Source: Amoebidium appalachense (lineage: Eukaryota > Protista > Ichthyosporea). Taken from it: a stretch of DNA of 64,000 nt. The stretch covers positions 806,001 through 870,000 of the forward strand of contig CAVNZM010000014.1 of the NCBI GenBank assembly GCA_963693365.1. The letters are read 5' to 3'. The notes below the pieces were generated by a model. It saw only the letters and a program-made list of their open reading frames with translations, was not told the origin of the DNA and ran no database searches. Made by a program: the position numbers and the translations under genes. Positions 45,965-64,000 of the stretch are shown here, one piece after another; the stretch's first letter is position 1, and each line of letters starts with the position of its first letter.

Positions 45965-47135
45965 AACCACACACAGTACCAACATCCACACCAGTAGCTC
46001 CAGCCGCCGCCGCCGCCGCCGCAGCCACACCAGCATCCAAAGCAACCCCAAGCCCAGCAAAAACAGCCGCCGCCATAGCAAAAGGAACAATCCCAGCCAC
46101 CCCCACGGCCCAACCACCCACCCCCTTTGTTATTGCTTCTGCCGTGGCAGCTGGGACCACGGCTGCTGTAGCGGCCGCAGCCGTAACAGCGAAAAAGACA
46201 ACACAGAAAGAAAACATACAACCACTTACACCCACAAGCGTCGCACCACCGATTTCGCAAATTTCAGCTACAGATGCGGAAAAACCCCAATTTTTACAGA
46301 CTGTGGCGCAGGCCGCGGCACAGGCATCGGTGCAAAAACCCCCGCAAAAACCTGTTGCACCCCCGGCACAATCCACACCAAGCGGGCCAACACTTATGCA
46401 GCAGCAAGCACAATTACAGGCACAGCTACAAGCACAACAACAGCAACTCAGAGACACACAGAGACAAATCCAACAGCCACAACCCACCACGCCACCCGCA
46501 CCACCACAACCAGACATCATGGCACCCACCACCACCACCACCCAGCCTGCAACTGTACCCATTCAACAGAGCCCATCCCTGTCTCCCCAGACACTCCCGC
46601 TCCCCAAATCGGTACAGCCCCCGCCCTTTCCCCCTCCTTTGAATATTTCCAACCCTGTAATGTAAACATCACCCTCCTCCCCGCCTCCGGCTTTGCTTGT
46701 GGATCGAGACCCCACATGCACGTGTTTGGATGCTATTCATGCTGTTTGGCTATTTACCCTTGCAAGTTTTGTGCTATTGTATATTATACTGTGGTATGAT
46801 AACCCTTTTTAAAAACGTGTGTGCTCGTGGCGGTGGTGGTTGGGTTTTTATTTTTCTTTTTTTTTTTTTTGGGGGGGGGGGGGGGGGAGGGGGGAGGGGG
46901 GGGGGGGGCATAGTGACCGGCAACTGACCTTGGTGGCTGGGCACCAATCAGGAGCAAGGACTCGTGATGCCAGAGGTGCCAGACAGGCAGCCCGAGACAC
47001 AATCTGCTGCATCCCAAAATGGTAACAAGTCCTTTGCTGTGATTGGGTGGCTGCCATGGGCAGATTTCACAGGATACTTTCTGTATATTTCTGGATGGCA
47101 ATTATGTGCATTAGGCATGTCTGGCTTGACTAAAG

Positions 47136-47207
<72 letters not shown>

Positions 47208-47477
47208 CATTATGGCAAATCAATTTTTGAATATTCTTACATGTAGCAATGTCAATGGTAAGCTTCTACCACCACTCCGTTAGGACGGGCTCTGCGCGTG
47301 TTGCCTACTTTTGGTTTGTTCTCTTTTATTATTTTGATTTCTGCACCATTTACGTCGTCTCCCCGTGGTGTTTTCTTACTACGTGATAATCCTAACCTCC
47401 CCCCCAGCCACCATGCAGGCACTCTTCAGCAGTCTCATCAACATGCCGGAGATTTCGGATTCAGAAAGGTGAGACCG

Positions 47478-47528
<51 letters not shown>

Positions 47529-47619
47529 TTCCCGTCGGGACCCCCCGGGACCTCCCACAACACACGTGCGCGAGCGCGCGCGCGCGCGCGCGCGCGCACG
47601 CACACACACACACGCACAC

Positions 47620-47693
<74 letters not shown>

Positions 47694-47883
47694 CGTGCAC
47701 ACACCACCGCCACTGCCACCACTGCCACACGTGAGGATATGCACACACACACACACAAGGGGAAACCAAACAAAGAAACACCCACACTCACATCGTTTTC
47801 ACAAGCACACCCATCCGCCCACCTTGAATCCTTACCTCACCTCCTGAGTCCCACTCCGTTCAATGTCCTCTCCCCTCCTCTCC

Positions 47884-47929
<46 letters not shown>

Positions 47930-49521
47930 CCCACCCACCATTGTGTTGTCCGTCTTTCAGGGGCCTTAATTTCTACTTCTTACCCTGTAACACATTCTAC
48001 CCACCCACCCACCATTGTGTTGTCCGTCTTTAAGGGGCCTTAATTTCTACTTCTTACCCTGTAACACATTCAACCCACCCACCCACCATTGTGTTGTCCG
48101 TCTTTCAGGGGCCTTAATTTCTACTTCTTACCCTGTAACACATTCTACCCACCCACCCACCATTGTGTTGTCCGTCTTTAAGGGGCCTTAATTTCTACTT
48201 CTTACCCTGTAACACATTCAACCCACTCCCCCAACCCCCCCCCCCCCTTCCTCCCCTACGCTCAGGAGCCGCACGTACATGCCGCGCAATCCAGCCAGCA
48301 TGCCGCCCTACTTCCCCACCATGCCTGCACCCATCCTCGAGAACCAATCATTGCTCGAGAAATTCGATGCAGAGACCCTCTTCTTTATGTTCTACCACCA
48401 ACCGGGCACATACCAACAGTACGAATAAATACCCCCCCCCCCCCCCCCTCCCCCCCCCCACGCGCACACACACACACACACACACCTCCAACCCCCTTCA
48501 CCTGCCTCCCTTCCTCCCTACAGCGTTATAACCCCCCCCCCCCCCCCTCTCCCCCCCCCTTCCCCCCAACAACCCCCCCCCCCCCCCCCCCCCCCAGGGA
48601 CCAGCACCTACCTGCGCATGGACGTATACTGGCACACATACACACACAATCGCACTCACGTACAATTTAATTGAGAATGGTGTATGTAATATTTTCGAGT
48701 TGGTATGTGTGTTATTTTTATTTGGTAACCCCGGGGTGACGCCACATACGACATCGTAACAATTTGCGTGCGTTTGCATCATTATTTGCTAACCTCACCC
48801 ACCCCCTCCCCCTTGCTCATAAATGTCCATTCTCTCTCCTTACACGGTTACATGACAAACTATTCCTTCGTCCACTGACTGGTTTGTTATCATGCAGGTA
48901 TCTTGCCGCACGTGAGCTCAAGCGTCAGTCGTGGAGGTTCCACAAGAAATACCTCACGTGGTTCCAACGACTGGAGGACCCGAAGGTCATCACGGACGAA
49001 TACGAACAGGGTAAGTGTGCAATGCTGAGACAGACACACAACATACACACATGCATAAACACGTACACACGTGCATAAACACGTACACACATGCATATAC
49101 ACGTACACACATGCATATACACGTACACACATGCATAAACACGTACACACATGCATATACACGTACACACATGCATATACACGTACACACATGCATATAC
49201 ACGTACACACATGCATAAACACGTACACACATGCACATGCACACGCACAGAAACACACAGACACACACGTGTACCTGCACATGCACATGCACATGCACAG
49301 ACACACACACACAGGCACACACGGGTACACACTTCCAAATAAAAGGAGCAGAAGAAAGAGGAAAACCCCCCGATCCCTTCCTCTCAGTCTTGTTCTTTCT
49401 TTCTCTGCTGCTCACACAAACTCTCCCTCTGCTTTCGTCATGCGAATACACACAGACAAATATATACATCATTCCTGTACAAACGTGCTCATGAACTCAT
49501 GAACACGTATCCTGGCGCGCG

Positions 49522-49599
<78 letters not shown>

Positions 49600-49699
49600 C
49601 ACGTACGTGTACTTTGACTACGAGACTGGCTGGTGCCAACGGCGCAAGGCAGACTTCAAGTTTGAGTATCGCTTCCTGGAGGATCAGGAGCTGCCCTGA
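38187..49699 (+). CDS. CNOT3: CCR4-NOT complex subunit 3 (Not3/Not5), about 16 exons
   Basis: Exons 38187-38211, 38879-38988, 39705-39827, 40301-40399, 41047-41170, 42091-42197, 42786-42918, 43333-43415, 44573-44611, 45092-45157, 45977-46611, 46952-47021, ~47408-47468, ~48266-48418, 48898-49010, 49599-49699. These give [40 protein letters not shown] (Not3 N domain) and [67 protein letters not shown] (NOT box). Confidence 0.97.
41576..41712 (+). mobile_element. Family B element, 5'-truncated, in CNOT3 intron 5
   Basis: Reverse complement of the first ~137 bp of 7510/53610. Poly-C on both sides. Confidence 0.9.
43466..44219 (+). repeat. Six copies of a 69-bp unit separated by poly-C tracts (3 + family A insertion + 3)
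   Basis: Unit AAACACACACTGCCTTATTGGCAATACACATGCTTCTTGGCCACCTGCGTCTTGATTCAAGAGCAGCAG at ~43466, 43547, 43644, 43983, 44067 and 44151. Confidence 0.9.
43718..43961 (+). mobile_element. Family A element, 5'-truncated, in CNOT3 intron 8
   Basis: Reverse complement of the first ~244 bp of the unit. Ends CCGCATTCAAA followed by poly-C. Confidence 0.92.
47929..48224 (+). repeat. Intronic tandem repeat, ~75-bp unit x4
   Basis: ACCCACCCACCATTGTGTTGTCCGTCTTT...CCTGTAACACATTC repeated, with alternating variants (dimer duplication). Confidence 0.9.
49040..49235 (+). repeat. 20-bp minisatellite ACGTACACACATGCAT(A/T)AC
   Basis: About 9 near-perfect copies in the last CNOT3 intron. Confidence 0.85.
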
Positions 49700-50199
49700 G
49701 CCCATTGGCTAAAAATCACGTAATTGAAATGCCCGATTGGTTCCAATGACGTCATCACACACTGTGTATTGAAGTGATTTGCTTGTGCGAAAGAGTGCAA
49801 TCAGTGCATGGATGTGATTGGTGCATGGTCATGTGACATCTGAAAGTCTTGCAACATGATTGGTGTATTAGTCCGTTCATCCATTTAGGAATGTTGTTTT
49901 AAAAGAATGCTTGTTTTAAATCCGAGAAAAAACATGCGTATTGATTTGATCGAGTTAACTTACCAACCACTGATTTGTGTATGTTCATAATAGATTAGGT
50001 TTGGAATACTATATGCACACTCTTGCTCTCATGTCTTTGAGAATGGATGATGGTACTCGAAGTACATGATAAATTAGATGTTTATGTGCAATGCACGTTG
50101 AGTTATTTATCATTTGTCCAAGCATAGAATCGCGCATAGTACCGCGCGAGCACACATGCATGCTTATAAACACCCGAAAACCACACACGCGTACGCGCA

Positions 50200-50265
<66 letters not shown>

Positions 50266-50409
50266 TAAAAACACATGCACATGTTTCATCTTATTTCCAG
50301 CCCGTATGTTCCAGTACCTCCATTGTACATATCGCATGTCTGGTGTATGTATTCAGTGTGCTCTGTTTGGCCCGCACATATCACTTGCCTTTGTTGTATA
50401 TCTCGTTCG

Positions 50410-50610
50410 GCATGATTCTGCTCCAATGAAATTTACGCCCATGACTCTGCTCCAATGAAAATACATGACTATGATTCTACTCCAGAGTTGGAGCAATGAA
50501 AATTCATGCCCATAACTCTACTCCAATGAAAATTCATGCCCATGACTCTACTCAAATGAAAATTCTGCCCACAACTCTACTCCCATGAAAATTCATGCCC
50601 ATGACTCTGC
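50410..50610 (+). repeat. ~30-bp minisatellite (CCAATGAAAATTCATGCCCATGACTCTACT)
   Basis: About 6 imperfect copies. Confidence 0.8.
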
Positions 50611-51139
50611 AGGCAACACATGCACGACCCCCCCCCCTCCCCCACCAATTTTCCTCAACTACTCCCTCCTGTTATCTGTCACACAGCCCCCTCCCCCCCC
50701 CTCCCCCCCTCCCCTCCCCCCTCCCCCCTCCCTCTGTCCTCGCCCATATTCCTATCTCGCTCCCCTTGAAGTTCACGCCCGCACCAATATAATGGTCCCT
50801 CCTTTCTCTCTTCCAATTATACTAATATGCATGTGATTAATAATTAGTTGGCCAACGTTCACCCACATATCTGATCCAAGCTTTCATGCTAAGTTGCCAT
50901 TTGACAAGGGGCCGGAATAAAAAGGGCCGGAAAGCCGGAATATGCTGAATCTGATCAGATCCCAACTATGCATATGCATTTACCCCTCTTTTTGTTCCCC
51001 CCAACCCACCCAGCCCACCAGACGTGCACATGCATCGAGTGGGTGGGTGCCCGTGGGCGGGAGCCTCCCGGATGATTGATGGGGTGGGGGTGGCCAGCAG
51101 GGGGAGGTGGGGGGGGCGGGGGGAGAGGGGGGAGGGGGG

Positions 51140-51170
<31 letters not shown>

Positions 51171-52129
51171 AGGGGACGAACACATGGCATTCCTTGGCCA
51201 CTGTTGTCACGTTTGCCAATACCGTGACTCCGCTTTGCTTGCATGCACCTGATATACATGTACATTATACTGTTAGTAACAGCAACGTCACCAATACATG
51301 TACTTTCCTTAGGCATTTAGCTTTAGGAGCCTGCAACATATCACAGCTCGTCGTATTATCAGAGGTACATGACAAAAGCAACAACGATGTTAAACTCATG
51401 TCAATATTTGCAAGGCCAAACGTATAAATATCTCATATCAATGCATTAATGCGATAACCAACACGAACGGTATGATACAGATCCACAGAACCGTGTACAC
51501 ATGTATCGACACCATTATCATAAGAAACCAAACCCACACGTAGAGCATGGGCAGCATAGGAGTTTTCCAGTTTAAGCTTGGTGTCAAAAGAGAAATCATC
51601 TCAATGCAGGCAACAGCAAGCATTTGAAAAGGATAGGTCGCCTCTTTTTTGTGGCCTTGTTTTTGAACCATTTATAAACTATCAAACCATTTATTGAACC
51701 AGTTATTATACCATTATTATAGTTGTATGCACAGCACATTGGGAATCTATATGCACATATGGAAACCATCCGGCATCCTACACATATCGTCTAGGTACAG
51801 GGATGCAAGCACGACCATTTACGATCCGGTGTGTGCCTTTTCTCACGACACTTGATGATCGACTATGACATAGCGAAAGACAATATGACAATATAAAGAA
51901 TCTGCGTCAAGAAATAGTCAATTATGTATACAGGTAGTCTAAGTCGTTCCAAATTCAAAAGCGCTGACACTTCAGTGTGTGTGTGCATGCAGACGGCACA
52001 TGCACGCTTATTCATGAATATATGTGTACGCGCGCGCGTGCGTGTGTGTGTGTGTGTGTGTGTGAGTGCGTGTGTGTGTGCGTGCGTGTGTGTGTGTGTG
52101 CGTGCGTGTGTGCGTGCGTGCGTGCGTGC

Positions 52130-52173
<44 letters not shown>

Positions 52174-52224
52174 ACGCGTGTGTGTAGTGTGTACGTGTAG
52201 GGCTAGGGGAAGCTGGAAAGGATG

Positions 52225-62902
<10,678 letters not shown>

Positions 62903-63469
62903 CCTCGCTTGTCGTGTGGAGCCCTAGCATGAAAAAGCAGCAAATCGTCGTAATGTTAACCGGCTAGAGTACTGCGCGTTCCGTAGTAGGTTCAACCGCC
63001 AACTGTGGTTTCCGCTTGAATGCCCTAAGCTGCGCGTGGCACAAGGTTTCTAAACGCACAGAGCCTACCGTGACTGATTACATACGTAAGCCTACACTGA
63101 ACTCGAAGCCTACATACACCCGGTCGGCCTAAAAAAAGCAGGTGCACAGACTGGCAGTAAGAGAACGGTAAGAGGCATGCCAGCTCAGCTGGCAGAGTGC
63201 GCATGCAGACCAGTCGGACTGTCAGGCTCGGCTTATGCCTTTTATGGAACAAATAGAGTTTATGTGATTCGTGGCCAATCAGCATTAGAAATAGTTCAAA
63301 TAGATCCGGTGGCCTGGAGGTGGGGCCGTGTCCCATGGCCAAAGTCTCACCCATGACCCGCCCATGAGGCTCACGTGAGCTCACGTGCACGTCGCGCGCT
63401 TGAAGTTTTTTACTGAGTGCACATAGTCATAGGTACTCTGAACAGAGAGAGTACTCTGAACAGAGAGAG

Positions 63470-64000
63470 TACCTATGACTATTTGGGTATTCCTTTCACT
63501 GCACGGGGTATTGATTTCCGCAAGCTCCTCACGGCACGGATCGCTCGATCGAAGGGTAAGCTTCACATCGTGTCAAATATGTTTCAACGGGAGTCTGATC
63601 ATGGCATCCTCCGAACCTTCTTCTCTACTATAAAACTTTTTTACGGCCGACTTTCGAATATGGACTTCCGCTATTGGCCTGCGCCCCACCTCGCGAGGCG
63701 GCCGTGGCGCTGAAAGAGTTCGACGATTTTCAGGGTACTGCGCTGCGCACTTTGTTTCGTACTCGGTTTGTGCCTCCCTTAATCAGTATGTTTGGATTGT
63801 CGTCTGCTGTTTGTCGTATGGAGGAATTGTCTCTTCGTTTTTGTTTTCATTTAGTTAGGATACCTGATGGTCACCCTCTTTATGCTTTCTTTCCCCCCCC
63901 TTCCTCCATCCCTCTTCCCCCCCGATTCACCAACGCTACTTCTGAATGTCCTCAGCCTACCCTCTTTCAACCTGATTCTTCCTCTCGCTATCTCACTCCC
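63470..64000 (+). pseudogene. 5'-truncated, frameshifted non-LTR retrotransposon (LINE) ORF2 fragment
   Basis: YDYLGIPF (RT C-terminal YLG motif), then after a frameshift LRPTFEYGLPLL and FQGTALRTLF...RMEELSLRFCFHL..IPDGHPL, typical of the LINE thumb region. An 18-bp tandem duplication GTACTCTGAACAGAGAGA lies at the 5' junction. Confidence 0.75.

Noticed and set aside
51438-51671. 77-aa hydrophobic minus-strand ORF
   Set aside because: No family recognised and no supporting exon structure; insufficient to call.

Overview
Eukaryotic, intron-rich genomic DNA saturated with (CA)n/(GT)n, (GA)n and poly-G/poly-C tracts. Nearly all ORFs in the supplied track are microsatellite artefacts. Manual splicing recovers CNOT3/Not3-5 (+), a WWE-RING-DTC Deltex E3 ligase (-), TEN1 of the CST complex (+), an intronless CRTC/TORC-N protein (-), a BAH-domain gene (-), one or two unidentified multi-exon genes (-) and a decayed LINE fragment. 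The gene set suggests a holozoan, possibly unicellular (inference only). The most notable signal is a set of non-coding dispersed elements (families A, B and C; 8 insertions). All have a fixed 3' end (...CATTCAAA; ...CATTCCAA at 25070, ...CTTTCAAA at 53610) fused to a poly-C tract, most are 5'-truncated, and family A forms head-to-tail 452-bp multimers. Families A and B share a ~160-nt core with compensatory and G-U substitutions that I could not fit to a known ribozyme class. Every copy lies in an intron, co-oriented with the host transcript. This resembles a retrozyme or non-autonomous Penelope-type system with a possibly new structured RNA. Also seen: 39-44 bp hAT-like micro-MITEs with 8-bp TSDs, and many splice acceptors where (CA)n replaces the polypyrimidine tract.
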